Source: Malacoraja senta
Taxonomy: Eukaryota
Reading direction: 5' to 3'
Assembly: GCA_038087875.1 (NCBI GenBank)
Contig: CM075988.1
Span: 26,538,001-26,602,000, forward strand
DNA length: 64,000 bases
Shown here: piece by piece, positions 37,791 through 51,066 of the stretch
Layout: the number at the start of each line of letters is the position of its first letter
Numbering within the stretch: position 1 is the stretch's first letter
Made by a program: the position numbers and the translations under genes
Notes under the pieces: generated by a model
Seen by the model: the letters and a program-made list of their open reading frames with translations, nothing else
Told to the model about the DNA's origin: nothing
Databases searched by the model: none

Positions 37791-39810
37791 TTATGACAAG
37801 TTTGAAAGAGGGTTTCTGATCATAAATCTGCCTTAAACTCATTGTTTTAAGACACAGAGTAACAGGAGAGGTGATAGTTAGGCCTTCAGCCCTCTGCGTT
37901 CAGTACATGGAGCCCTGCAATGATGCTGCAGAATACATGGACTCCTTAAACTACTTTACTTCACTGTCTTTGTGCTAAGGTGGTGATTAAAGAAATTCAG
38001 CCTAGCCGCAATATTCACTCATCTAGGTTTCACCCAATACCTGAATAACAGCCAACACCCTATCCTAGAGCCTCAACTTCAGCTACCTTTCCATGCAGCC
38101 CACCCCAAACATCCCCACCTCTGGGCACCTGCCCAAAGCAGGCTTATCTCCTCATGGCCTGCTCCAAATAGTTTCATCTCTACACATCCAAACCCTAAAC
38201 AGCCCCATCTCTACAAACCCCACCCCAAACAGCCTCATCTACTCTCCCCACCCAAAACAGCTCCAGCCCACAAACCCTGCTGCAAACAGCCATGATCGTG
38301 GCCCACATACCACACCTCATCATCAGGCGACACCCTGGCTCAGATACCCTCAATGCAACCTCTGTCCCAGCCCCACAGTCTTAAACCCCCCCCCCCCCAT
38401 CGCTATGTCCCAGTCCCACAGACAGTCTCAACCACCCCCCCCCCCCACCCATCACAGTCCCAGCCCCACAGACAGTCTGGGACCCCCCCCCCCCCCATCA
38501 CAATGCACCCGCCCCGTGTGGTTTTGTCCTTTGAAACAAAACCCTTTAAGATGGTCCTGCTGTGTTGTAAAACACGAGAGTCATGAGAATACAGGGAGCC
38601 AGGGTGCAGGCCAAGACTCTGCGGGGAAGGAGATGAAAGGCAAGAGTTAGTGCGTTTTTTTCATTACCTTGAGCAATAACTTGGAAGTTTGCGAAATCAA
38701 CTGCTGAAAAACTATAGCAGGCTGATCCAGATTCAGCTTCATCCTTTCAGTTAACACGAGGTCATACTGAAATAACACACTTCCCTTATGTTTGTGTTCT
38801 ACATCCATGTGGACAACAGGCCTTCTCCGGCTGGCATTTTATCAGCTGCTTACATCCTAGTTTGTAAAAAAAAAAAGCAAGCTGGGGAACTGAGTCAAGC
38901 AGCATCTCTGGAGGAAATGGATAAGCAACATTTCAGGTCAGGACCCTTCTTCAGACCATTGACCTATCCATTCCTTCCACAGACACAGCCTGACCCGCTG
39001 AGTTTCTCCAGCACATTGTGTTTTATGTTTTTACCACAAGATTCCAGCATCTGCAGTTTCTTGTGTCTCGATCCAATCATTACCTTGGATATTGATTTAC
39101 AGCCCATCCCATTATCTAGATGGTGTCCACCCCCATCTCAACCTTGTTTCTTGGAAATTCCAAGTCCATGACCAGTCGAGGAGGAGAATTTTAGATGATA
39201 TCAAGAATCTCGAGTCTATGCTTCAGGAATGTGTGCAAACTCTCCGATTCCATCGCTGAATTAACAACGTTTGGGGTCAAGACCCTAAACCATCTCCAAT
39301 TCTAGCTACAATTTAGTTTCCTCTCACCCCCTGGTCAGTTTCTGTTTAGTTTATTGTCATGTTAACTGAGTTAGTGACACCCATTAGCAAGATTGCCCAG
39401 CGAAGGATCACAACAACCTATTGTCGCTCATAGTCCCACTGCCTTGGAAGGTGGTACCTCAGCCAATACCAGCTCCCATACAGAGGTTGCACTGTCAGAC
39501 ATGACAATCTCTGGATCACACATCCAACCAGGAGCCCACACGTTCTCTCAGCAGGATCCTCCTCTACCCCGGGACCTATGGTTATCGTTTGTACAACTTC
39601 ACTAACGCAGAGCATTCGGTCATTATTTCCTTGCCGTTGCTGGTGAGAGACTGGTGCTCCAATAGGAAAATAAACTGCATCTTAAAAGTACTAAGTTGAT
39701 AGTACAAAAAGTTGGCGCATTCTAACAGTATTGAGGAAAGTATTGGACAAATAACCAGCGATGGGTGAGACATGGGAGGAGTTAAAGATTTCATGATTAC
39801 ATAGGTCTGG

Positions 39811-40128
39811 TTTAGTTTAGATGGAGATACAACATGGTAATAAGCTCTTCGACCGAGCAACTCCAATCTGACCATCGATCACCCGTTCACTCGACTTCCA
39901 TCTTATCCCACTTTCTCATCCACTCCCTACACCACACGGGGCGATTTACTGAGGGCCGATTGATCTACAAACCCACATGTCTTTGGGATGTGGGAAGAAA
40001 CTAGAGCATCCCCCAATGTCACAGAGAGAACGTGCAAACTCCACACAAACATCACCAGCCGAGGTCAGCATCAAACCCGGGTCACGGGTGCTGTAAGGCA
40101 GCAGCTCTACCACCAGCACCACCGTGCT
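39811..40128 (-). mobile_element. V-SINE (HE1-like)
   Basis: Reverse-complement match to the family (GAGAACGTGCAAACTCCACAC). Confidence 0.78.
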
Positions 40129-40281
40129 GACCCTTGTTCAAAAGATTTTATTTTACAGAAGTTACTCGAGAGGTGCAGTATGTAAATAAAGTAATTGAAG
40201 ATTAAAAACTGAAAGACTAATGGGATAGTTTCTCAAACTCCCAGCACGGTAGAATGGGCAGAACCACTCCCTTCTATGCAC

Positions 40282-40377
40282 GTGATTATACATGCATGTG
40301 ATTATACATGCGCACGAATATACATGCGTGTGAATATACATGTGCGCAATTATACATGCGTGTGAATATACATGCGC
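40282..40377. repeat. Minisatellite, 6 copies of a 16-bp unit
   Basis: GTGA(T/A)TATACATGC-type units. Confidence 0.88.
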
Positions 40378-41986
40378 TCACTCACTCTCACAACTTGGCC
40401 TGCAATCAGGGCAGATATTGCAGTCAGGAAACCAACACTCAGGATGAAACAACACTCCTTATATCTTCTTAATTCCCATCTTACCAACAAATGTTTTTTC
40501 AGGATCCATTAGATAAATATTACCAAGAAGACAACAGGGAAAATAAAGTACCGAACAATAGGCTTCTGCTACATTTTAGCTCAATCCTTGAAAACAGCTA
40601 AATCAATACCAGATTGACGGGGTTATTTCATTTTAATTGATCAGATGACCATCGGTGATCGATGCAGGTCAGGAACCTGAATCGGAGCTGGAGCTGTAAT
40701 TACAGCTGTTAGAAACAGTTAATTGTGTCGTCTGGTCAGTGTCCAGCTCTCACCCCTTCAGATAAACTCAGTCCAACCTGGGCCACTGGTTTGTCCCAGT
40801 ACAAACATCCAAAGCCTGGGTCAGACTATGGAGTGCACCAAAGACCAAGAGTTTGATCACAGGTACAAATTCCTCTCTGGAAATTGGGGAATGTAAACTC
40901 TGATGAGGAAGTTTATCTGGAAACAAAAGGACTGGCATCCTTTCCAAAATCTCTGCCTTGTGACAAACCCATTTGGCCTACGTGTCTTCAGACCCACAGC
41001 AACATGGAGAAGTCTAACTGCCCTCTGACATAGCCTATAAAGGCACTCCGTTCAAAAGGTAATTGGGGATGAACAATAAATGTGGGGGTGCAGTGTAAAC
41101 ATCCCTGGACTGAATAAAGAAACATGCATTATCGCATTCTCAACCCACCACCCGCTCGAGTTAAACCGCTCTCTCCTGAAGCAGGTCGTGTAGCCCAGAG
41201 TCCGTGGCAACCATCACCCACAGATTCGCACTGATCACGTTATCTCACCCGATTCCATTAACTCCCCCCATATTCACCGCGGTTTGGTCACCCGGGCAGT
41301 TCCGAGTGACCAGTTGACCTCTGCCCCCCCACATGTGGTTGACCCCATGTTGTCCAGCACAGGGTGCCCACCTTGTCAGAATGACCCAGCCCACTGGGAC
41401 AGAACAAGTGTGTCACTGCCTGGAAATAAGGGTCAGCCACTTAGGACAGACAAGAGACATTCCTTCACCCATTGTCCAACCCAGAGCTTTGCTCAAAGAT
41501 GGGGTTGAGTTGTGGTTGCACAATGGCTGGCAAATAGAATGGAGTTACCCTGACAGTTGCCAGTGACGATGGACTTATAACCTCCTAGATTGAAAGACAA
41601 AACATTCTCATTTAATGCGACAGATTTGTGGATATTAAGGGAATATATATGGGATTATGTACAGGAAGGTGGCACTGAGATCAAAGATGCATCATGAACT
41701 ATTTGAACAGTGGAGCAGTGAGTGGAGCCAAATAGCCTACACATACTGCTATTCCTTTTCTCTTAGGCTCCTAAACTTGCCAGTAGTTCTATAGGTTGTT
41801 ATGGTTCTTCAAAGACTTTTGACCCCCCCCCCCCCAAACATCAAACATAGCAAAATTATGTTTTGCTTAAATAGATCCTGCCTCTGCCTTGCTTTCAGGC
41901 AATGAGTTCCAGACTCCGACATCGTCTCCAATACCCGGTTAAGAACGTTTGCCGTTGTGACGTTTTAATGCCAGAGACCAAGATAT

Positions 41987-42290
41987 TGGAGGCAGAATTA
42001 GGCCATTCAGCCCATTAAGTCTACTCTGCCATTCAATCATAGCCGATCTATTCTCCTGCCTCTTCCCCCCCCCCCCCCACCTTTGACACCCGTACTAATC
42101 AAGAACCTGTCAATCTCTGCTTTAAAAATTGCCATCTGTAGCAATTAATTCCACAGATTCACCACCTCCTGGCTACAGAAAATCCCGTCATCTCCCTTCT
42201 AAAGTTACGACCTTTTATTCTGAGGCTGAGCCCCCTGGTCCAAGACTCTCCCACTAGTGGAAACATCCTCTCCACATCCACTCTTATCTA
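41987..42290 (-). mobile_element. CR1-type LINE 3' fragment
   Basis: Reverse-complement match to the 1885-2232 subfamily (CCCACTAGTGGAAACATCCTCTCCACATCCAC). Confidence 0.75.
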
Positions 42291-42538
42291 GACCAGTCTT
42301 AAATTTAAAGCTCGCAGATTTCAACTCCCAACTAATGAAAACAATTGACCCAAGCTTCTTGTACATAATAAACTCAGAGAAACCAGCACGGTCTTGACAT
42401 GAATGACACCCTGAAGAATACAACTACTTGCATGTATAAAGGGCTCTTTCTTTACCTTTTACACATCGAAAATTCATTCCAGTCTGTGAATTATTCTTTG
42501 AAGTATTTGGTGCAGGTAAGCATCGCAAATGATTTAAA

Positions 42539-42839
42539 GGTAGACAAAGTATTTTTCATCATTGGTTAATGCTGCTGCTCCAAATGTAGAATCAAGTTCA
42601 TTCCACTCTGAAGGTAGACAAAATGCTGGAGAAACTCAGCGGGAGCAGCAGCATTTATGGAGCGAAGGAAATAGGCAACGTTTCGGGCCGAAACCCTGAA
42701 GGTAAATAGGCAACGTTTCGGGCCGAAACCCGAAACTGTTGCCTATTTCCTTCGCTCCATAGATGCTGCCGCACCCGCTGAGTTTCTCCAGCACTTTTGT
42801 CTACCTTCGATTTTCCAGCATCTGCAGTTCCTTCTTAAA
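42539..42839. repeat. Penelope-derived fold-back insertion with 15-bp TSD
   Basis: TSD CGCAAATGATTTAAA at 42524-42538 and 42840-42854. Inverted arms span 42611-42807. Confidence 0.85.
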
Positions 42840-45430
42840 CGCAAATGATTTAAACCCGGAGGACATGTTTGTTGATGGTGCTGACTTAAGGAACGTTGTC
42901 GTGCAAAGGGGAATTCTACATCACAATCACAGGTAGGTACTGCAATATTACAGCTCTGCCCTGGTACTGCAATAATACCTCAGTCTACATCAAGGGCTCA
43001 AATACTCCATTGGATCAAATATTCAGTCTCAAAGCCTCTACAATGGCACCAAGCTGGCCTGGTGCCAATCAGATGAAAGAGATGGCAGCAATCATCTCTG
43101 TTGAAAATGTGGAAACAAGGAACTGCAAATGCTGGATTACACAAATGGGCATCAGTCTGAAGAAGTGTCTCAACTCAAAACGTGAGTTTGAAGAAAGGTT
43201 CTGATCTGAAAGGTCACCATTCCATGATCTCTGGAGATGTGCCAGAAGGGGTCCCGACCCGAGACGTCACCCATTCTTATTCTCCAGAGATGCTGCCTGG
43301 CTCGCTGAATTATTCCAGCACTCTGTGTCCAGTCCAGCATAGCAGTAGTGAGCTTTCATTGAAGTTGGGATCCCAGAGTGAACGAGAGTAGGATGGGAAT
43401 CCAGGTCCAGTCCCGGTCAACTATCACAGATCCCCACCCGGAATGGATGTCCAAGAATAGGCACCAGAGCAGAAGGTGCCCATGCAAACCACGCATGCTG
43501 GATGATCAGCTCTGCTGCCCATTTCCTGGGCTCTGCTGATATATGTAAGTCTAATTTAGTTCTAGAGATGCTGCATGCAAATTAGGTCCTGCGGCCCCCA
43601 GAGTCCACACTGACCACCCGTGTTCCTGCATGGCATTGCTGGGAATGGAGGGGCAAAGTGAGCAGGAATGTGCAAAGCCCCCAGAAGAGTCGAGGAAAGA
43701 TCCCAGGGTGAAGTTGATGGTAAGTTCCAAGTGGGGAGGAGCAGGAACCCAGAAGGTAGCAAAATACCAAGTTCTGGAGTCAGGCAGCATTTTAGAGCAC
43801 CCCCTCCCCAGGTGCTGCCCGACCTGCTGAGTTCCTCCCAGCAATGTGTTTCCCCCAGGATTCCAGCATCTGCAGTTCCCTGCAAGTGCGCAGCAACAGA
43901 CAAATGCAGATTGAGCACAGCACACACGCAGCTCATGCAGGTACACCCATCCTTGCAAAGCCTGTAACCTGACAGAGTGCCACACAACACAAACGGGAAT
44001 ACTGAACCAGTGCAGCTGGGCTACAACAAACGGAATGGAACTCCGTTTTAAATAATGACACCTTACCCTCCATGCCTTCATTACTTGCTGTACCCAAACA
44101 AAGGTCATTGTTTAGTACACCCTCATCTTCAGAGTCACAGAGCTGTGAGGAGTTAGCCAGGGAAACCATTCCCTCCGCACCTCCACATCCATGGCCACAG
44201 TGAAAGGCCGTCTCAGCCACAGAGTGGAGTTTGCAAACACAAAATGTAGACAGCATGGACTGGACAGGCAATTTGCAGTTGAACAGCGATGGCCATATTC
44301 ACGTTACCTCCCGCCCCTGGTCTGAGTGTCACTCTGGGGGGTACAGTACATGGGTAGAAATTAAATAGCTGCTGGGAGGTGGGGGGGGGGGGGGGGGGGG
44401 GGTGGGGGAGGAAGCAGAGGCTGAAGTGTTTGTCCTTAAAACAACAGCTGTGGGAAGGAATGGTCACTGAAGCAGCGCTCACATTCCTTACACCCAAGGG
44501 GCAAATCTGTCCAAGAATGGATTGCCAAGAACAAACAAACACTGAACAAAGTCAGGACCTCTGGCAAGCTGCTAGTCATTACGTGGGCCTGTAAACAGCT
44601 CCAGGAGCACTTCAAAGGGGGAGGGGGAAGAGACAAAATCCTCTATATAAAAAAAAGGCACAACTCCTCTAACACTTAGCAGCCACGGTGAACAAGGCCG
44701 TGTAGGTTTGTTCTGCTCAACATGTAGTTGTGAGTGTGTCAGTGCCGACCATAAATGAGCAACACCTCCAACATGGCAGGCCGAGCATGCACCGGCCCAC
44801 AACTCAGGCGTGACCTCATTCCCCAGCCTTGGCCTCTCTCCCTCTCCCTCTCTCTCTCTGTCTGTCCGTCTGTCCCCCACCCACCCCCTTCTAGGGTAAC
44901 ACATTGACACTGGGGTGTAAACAGGCCTGCACTACCTCCAGGAATGTCCCAAGTACCCAATGGCAAAACCAGGAAGGAAAGACAATATTTACAGGGCTCT
45001 TTCAGTTTCTTGTTAAGCTCAGAGAGGGCATAATGGAGAGGAGAGAAAGGGAAGAGAGATGGGAATGGACTCCAGGGACGTTACTCTGTGTAGGGACTGG
45101 AAATAAACGATGTCCCCGTCAGGCAATGTCAGGCGATGCCGACCGAGCGGGTTCAGAACCGCACTGGGAGATAACTCCATTGGCTTCTTTAATAGGTAAC
45201 GTTAGTATTTCCAGTCGTGGGTCAAGATGCTGCAACAACAACTGATGTTATTGCCGGTGGAAAGCAAAACCGCACAGACCATAAATCTGAAATAAAGTAC
45301 AAACTGCTGGAAATACTCAGCTCGTCAGGCAGCATCTATGGAAAGAGGAAGAGTGGTAATGTTGCAGGCTAAAGAACCTTCATCAGAAATGCGATAGATT
45401 ACATTACAACCCAAACATTAACTCTGCTGT

Positions 45431-45643
45431 GAGTTGTGAAATTCTCTGCCTCAGAGGGCGGGTGGAGGCCGGTTCTCTGGATACTTTCAAGAGAGAGCTA
45501 GATAGGGCTCTTAAAGATAGCGGAGTCAAGGGATATGGGGAGAAGGCAGGAACGGGGTACTGATTGGGGATGATCAGCCGTGATCACATTGAATGGCGGT
45601 GCTGGCTCGTAGGGCAGAATGGCCTACTCCTGCACCTATTGTC
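45431..45643 (+). mobile_element. CR1/HER1-type LINE 3' fragment
   Basis: Near-identical to about 9335-9550. Confidence 0.82.
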
Positions 45644-45874
45644 TGCTCCAATTATCACATTATGACTATGTCTTACACTAGAAGACAGGCCTCAGGAAAA
45701 GGCTCCGTACGTCTGACAGCAATATGATAAGTTGTATGAAGAGGAATGAGGATCGTTGGAATTCACCACTCAAAGTTCCATGTCATTATTATCAGTCTGG
45801 TGCGTGAAGGATCGAACGGCCAAGAATATGGAACTCTGAGTTTGCAGAGACGTGCATGGATTTAAAAAATATAT

Positions 45875-47650
45875 AAGTCAAGTCAAGTCAAGTCACATTT
45901 ATTTATATAGCACATTTAAAAAACAACTCTCGTTGGCCAAAGTGCTTTACATTTGTTATAAGAATAGCACAACAAAACAAACTACATACATATATACATG
46001 TAGCCCTCACTCAGAGGACGTCAGGAAAGGCTTGGGAGTATAGACAAGTCTTTAGTCTTGACATAATGAGTCGATGGAGGGGGCGGTTCTGATGGGAAAG
46101 GGGATGCTGTTCCACAGTCTAGGAGCTGCAACCGCAAAGGCCCGGTCGCCCCTGAGCTTATGCCTAGACCGTGGGATATTCAGCAACCCCAAGTCGGCCG
46201 ATTTGAGGGGCCTGGAGGTGGAGTGGTGGGTGAGAAGACTTTTTATGTAGGTGGGGGCAAGCCCATTGAGGGCTTTGTAGACATGGAGGAGGATCTTGAA
46301 GTTTATACGGAACCGCACAGGGAGCCAGTGGAGAGAGGCCAGGATCGGGGTGATGTGGTCCCTTTTTCGGGTGCCCGTCAGGAGTCTCGCTGCGGCGTTT
46401 TGGACCAGTTGCAGGGAGGGACAGGGAAGATTGGCTGATGCCAATGTTAAGGAAGTTGCAGTAATCTAAGCGGGAGGAGATGAATGTGTGGATGATCTTT
46501 TCCAGGTCATCAAACTGGAGGAATTGTTTTATTTTAGCTATCGTCCGTAGCTGAAAGAAGCTAGCTTTTACCACGGCATTGACTTGTTTGTCAAATTTCA
46601 GTGCCGAGTCAAATATCACGCCAAGGTTTTTGACATGAGGTTTGAGTAGTGGGGTAAGGCTTCCAAGGCTGCCTGCTATCATTTTGATTGAGTCCGAGGG
46701 GCCGAGAAGGATGATCTCAGACTTACTCTCGTTTAGTTGGAGGAAGTTCTGGGCCATCCAACACTTTATATCCTCGAGGCAGTGGGTAAGGTTAAACAGA
46801 TTTGATTGGTTTTGGGGCTTCAGGGGGAGATAGAGTTGTGTATTGTCTGTGTAGCAATGGAAGGAAATGCCGTGCCTTTCAATGACTTGGCCTAAGGGGA
46901 GCATATACAGGGAGAAGATAATGGGGCCAAGGATGGAACCTTGTGGAACCCCACAGCAGAGATTAGCTGGGGAGGAGAATGAGTTGCCTATGTTAGTCAA
47001 GAAACTCCTACCTTTGAGGTAGGAGATTAACCCGCTCAGGGCAGTGCCATCAATACCAACCCCGTACAGGAGACGGTCAATTAGGATGGTGTGGCCGACA
47101 GTATCAAATGCTGCGCTGAGGTCAAGAAGGAGCAGAATTGGACAGTCGCCGGAGTCAACGGTGAGCAGTAGGTCATTGTGTACCTTCAACAAGGCAGACT
47201 CTGTGCTATGGTGAGCCCTGAAACCTGATTGGAAAGTTTCCAAGATAGTGTTTTGGTGAAGGTAAGGTATAAGTTGACTTAAAATTACCTTTTCAAGGGC
47301 TTTTGAGAGGAAAGGCAGTTTAGAATTGGGTCTGTAGTTGCTTGGCAAGGTGGGGTCGAGGTTAGGTTTTTTCAGGAGTGGTTGGACCACCGCATGCTTG
47401 AAGCAGGTGGGTACAGTGCCAGTGGCCAGAGAGCTGTTGAAGATGGCGAGGATGCTGGGACCGGCTGTTGTAATGACGTCCTTTAGGAGGGCAGAGGGGA
47501 CAGTGTCGAGGGGGCAGGTAGTAGGTTTCATGGTGGTGATCAGTTTTACAAGGGAGGGTAGAGTAACGGGTTGGAAACTGTCTAATTTATAAAGATGGAG
47601 CAGGAGGGTGGGGAGCGGTGTAGTGGTGAGGAGGGGCCAGAATAGCAAGG
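45875..47650 (-). mobile_element. 5'-truncated L2-clade LINE with reverse transcriptase domain and 3' tail
   Basis: ORF 46164-47648 contains QSGFRAHHSTESALLKV, LLDLSAAFDTV and GVPQGSILGP. The catalytic YADD is mutated to YTDN. A frameshift near 46430 leads into LQLVQNAAARLLT...LHWLPVRFRINFKIL. 3' tail AATAAATGT(GACTT)4. The 5' boundary is uncertain. Confidence 0.92.
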
Positions 47651-48765
47651 ACTGTTATCCCAGTGTAAGGAGGCAGCAGAGTGCAGTGTAAAACGGTGAG
47701 GAGTTTAGCAGAGACAAGTTGATCACTTGCTCCATCTGTGGGTACCGAGGTTAGAGAGTACACCCGGGGTGAATGCCGAACCACCATCGCTCTCATGGGA
47801 CCGCCAAGATCACCGTGAGGCAAGGTTGTGGGGAATGTTATTTTAAAGACAAAGGGGTAAAGCAGCAACTCAAATGAAGACAAATATAACAAAAGATGTT
47901 GTTCCTGACAGCAAATTCTAGTTGAGTTGAAGATTTGTTGTCAGATTGTTATTGAATGGGTCCGTTTACTGGGGGTGACGTGAGCTAGTATGACTAGACG
48001 GGACGGAGGGCGTGAAGAGTGTTGTGCGGCACAAGTGATAACTCATCACCACGGAATTAAACTGAGGACAACACAAACGCTGAGGGCAACTTGAACAAGA
48101 GGCTTCACCCACAAGACATGTTCATCAACAACAGACTAAGTGTAGAAACAAGGAACTGCAGTTGCTGGTTGATATCAAAGAAAGACAAGGTGCTGGAGTA
48201 ACTCAGCGGGTCAGGCAGCATCTGTGGAGAAAAAGGACGGGTGGCGTTTCGGGTCGGGACCCTTCTTCAGATGTAGAGGATGGAGGGGTGAATTGAATTA
48301 GTGCCTTGAATTCTCTGATCTGCTATTAATTCCTTCACTTGTTCAAATATGTCACTGCTCTATTAAGCAAGAGGGGCGGGCTTGTCAGCTAGAGTTTTCT
48401 TGTTGCTATTTAACTTCCAACAGAATGAATGGCTCTCAATGGTCTTATGATAATATTGCTCTCATATTTCCCCTGGTTCTCCTTGCACCAGAGGTACTGC
48501 ATTCGAACTCAGTCTTTGCACGTGACCTCACCGTGACCTCACTCACCGTAGTGTGTTCAAATCCCAAAGCAACACGTCTGAATCAAAACGCACCGTTTGG
48601 AACCCGCCACTGCAGCTTCCGAGACCCAGGCTCAGCCTAGTCACGGATGTGGGCATCTCACCCTCTCACTCCTTTCCCCTCAAACATTGTGGCTACCTTG
48701 CTGCTGAGGTCCACGTTCACTTCCACAACGTTCAACAAGGTAGGCAGAATAGACTACAGGAAGTG

Positions 48766-49155
48766 GAATCAGTCGTCAGAAAGGCCAACGCAACGCTAGC
48801 ATTTATTTCAAGAGGATGAGAAACAGGGATGTAATGCTGAGGCTCTATAAGGCACTGTTCCGGCTGCATTTGGAGTACTTGGGCCCCACATCTGGATGTG
48901 CTGGCTCTGAAGAGGGTCCAAAGCAGTTTACAAGAATGATCCCAGGAACGATTGGGTTAACATATGATGAGTATCTGATGGCACTGGGCCTGTATTCGTT
49001 GGAGTTTCGAAGGTTGAGGGGAGACCTCATTGAAACTTACAAAATAGTAAAAGGCCTGGATAGAGTGGAAGTGGCGAGGATGTTTCCACTAGTGGGAGAG
49101 TCTAGGACTAGAGGTCATATCCTCAGAATAAAAGGATGTACCTTTAGGAAGGCGA
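48766..49155 (+). mobile_element. CR1-type LINE ORF2 fragment
   Basis: KANATLAFISRG, LYKAL.R.HLEY, LGLYSLEFRRLRGDLIETYKI, ESRTRGH. Confidence 0.85.
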
Positions 49156-50074
49156 TGGAGGCATTTCTTTGGCAGTGCTGTGTTGTACAGAGATGCCAGC
49201 CTAGATTCACATTACAGTGCCAGGGATTTGAACAATAGTTCTGATTCAGACCCAAAGAAAACTTCCCACCAGCCTACAGCACGATGTACATACACAGCAC
49301 ACAGCACCTGGCTACCTTACAGACCCTTGCTGAGAGCACAGTTTGAAATAAGCTCACAAACGCTTGAAGTTACAGGGGTATGTGTTCACCGCAGCTAGTT
49401 TCTCCCACCACCTGAGCCGGCCATTAACACGTTCAATGGAAGCAAATTAAAACAGAGGAGGAAACAACTTCACACCAGCGTGCAAGCACATGTACAGAGA
49501 TGACCCAGCGATCAAAGCCACAGGTGGGGGTGGAAACTGTAGACAATTCAATGCACGAACAATCGGACATGTCCTTAAATTAAAATCATGTACTGAACAC
49601 ATCCTACGCCAATTACTGGACACAGTTCAGTTTGTCACGTGTACTGAGGTACAGTGGAAAGCTTTTGTTGCGTGCTATCCATCCATTACAATCGATCCAT
49701 TTACAGTGTATTGATACAGAAGGGAATAACCTTTAGTGCATATTTACTGTATATTAGTTGATAGTGGCAGCGCTGAATATAGTTTTGAAAATATGCTGGA
49801 CGTCTCGGTACTTTGAATTATATTCTACAAACAGGACCCACAAAAGCAGAGGGAAGGGAACGGAGGGTGTAGTGGAATAAAGTGGCAGGTTGGATTGTGT
49901 GGTTTAAAGGGGACTACTTGATGTGGTATGAATAAGGCTGAGTTATACCAATGCAGCGCTTGGTGAGATGATGATCAGGGAGGAACAGGAATCTGGAGTT
50001 AAATCGCTTGTCCACAGAGTTAAAGAATGCAGGGAAAAAGAAATAGAACATTGTACTTGATCCTAAACACCACT

Positions 50075-50386
50075 TTAGTTTATAGTTATTTAGTTTAGAG
50101 ATACAGCACAGAAACAGGCCCTTCTGCCCACCGAGTCTGCGCCAACCAGCAATCCCCGCACGCTGACACTATCCTACACACACTACGAACCATTTACAAT
50201 GTTACAAAGACCATTACCTACAAACCTGTATGTCTTTGGAGTGTGGGAGTAAACCAGAGCTACCGGAGAAAACCCACGCAGTGATGAACGAACAAACTCC
50301 GTACAGACAGCTCCTGTAGTCAGGATTGAACCTGGGACTCTGGCGCTGTGAGGCAGCAGCTCTACCCGCTGCGCCACCATGCCGCC
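50075..50386 (-). mobile_element. tRNA-derived V-SINE (HE1-like)
   Basis: Minus strand has A box TGGCGCAGCGG, B box GGTTCAATCC, V-domain-like GTCTGTACGGAGTTTG, and a CR1-shared tail ending (CTAAA)n. Confidence 0.85.
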
Positions 50387-50804
50387 TGGGCCTAACTTAT
50401 TTGTTTTCTCCAGAGGTGCTGCCTGTCCCGTTGAGTAACTCCAGCTTTGTGTCTACCTCCTGTCATAATAAGGATGGCTGTGTTCAGTTTTAGCCATGAC
50501 CTGGTTTTTGAACAAGTCCGTCCAACAGCCGGAGGGAAGCACAACAAGTCAACTACAGGCACCTCCTGTCCCATTCAAAGAAACAACTCAAACATTCCCA
50601 AAAAAACCCTGAGACTTCCATATAAAATTCAGAAAGTCATAAACAGTAAATTGCAGTGCAAGATTCCAGCTCCTCAATCCCACACCACAACCCAATAAAT
50701 TAAACAGTTTGCTGTGTAAAACATTAACTTGATCTGGAATGAATTCAAGACGGTTCATAAAGCCCAAGAAACAATTGGATTTTAAATGTTTGCTGCCACT
50801 ATAG

Positions 50805-51066
50805 TCGAAAGTTTAAGGGAGATCGGCAAGGCAACGTTTTTAAATTACAGAGAAGCGGTGGGTGCCTGGAAGGAGCTGCCAGGGGTGGTGGGGGCAGATA
50901 CAATAGTGGCATTTTAGCAGCTTTTGGATTGGCACATGGATATGCAGGGAATGGAGGGATGTAGATCATGTGCAGGCAGAAGGGATTAGTTTAACTTGGT
51001 ACAATGTCTGGCGCGGACATTGTGGGCCGAAGGGCCAGGGCATGTGCTGTATTGCTCTATGTTCCA
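50805..51066 (+). mobile_element. CR1-type LINE 3' fragment
   Basis: Matches the 7783-8001 subfamily; tail GTGGGCCGAAGGGCC. Confidence 0.7.

Noticed and set aside
46164..47648. Functional host or novel reverse transcriptase gene
   Set aside because: Ordinary L2 RT with mutated catalytic aspartates, a frameshift and no recognisable endonuclease domain.
50320..50386. tRNA gene
   Set aside because: The A and B boxes belong to SINE heads that continue into V-domain and LINE-derived tails; no complete cloverleaf seen.
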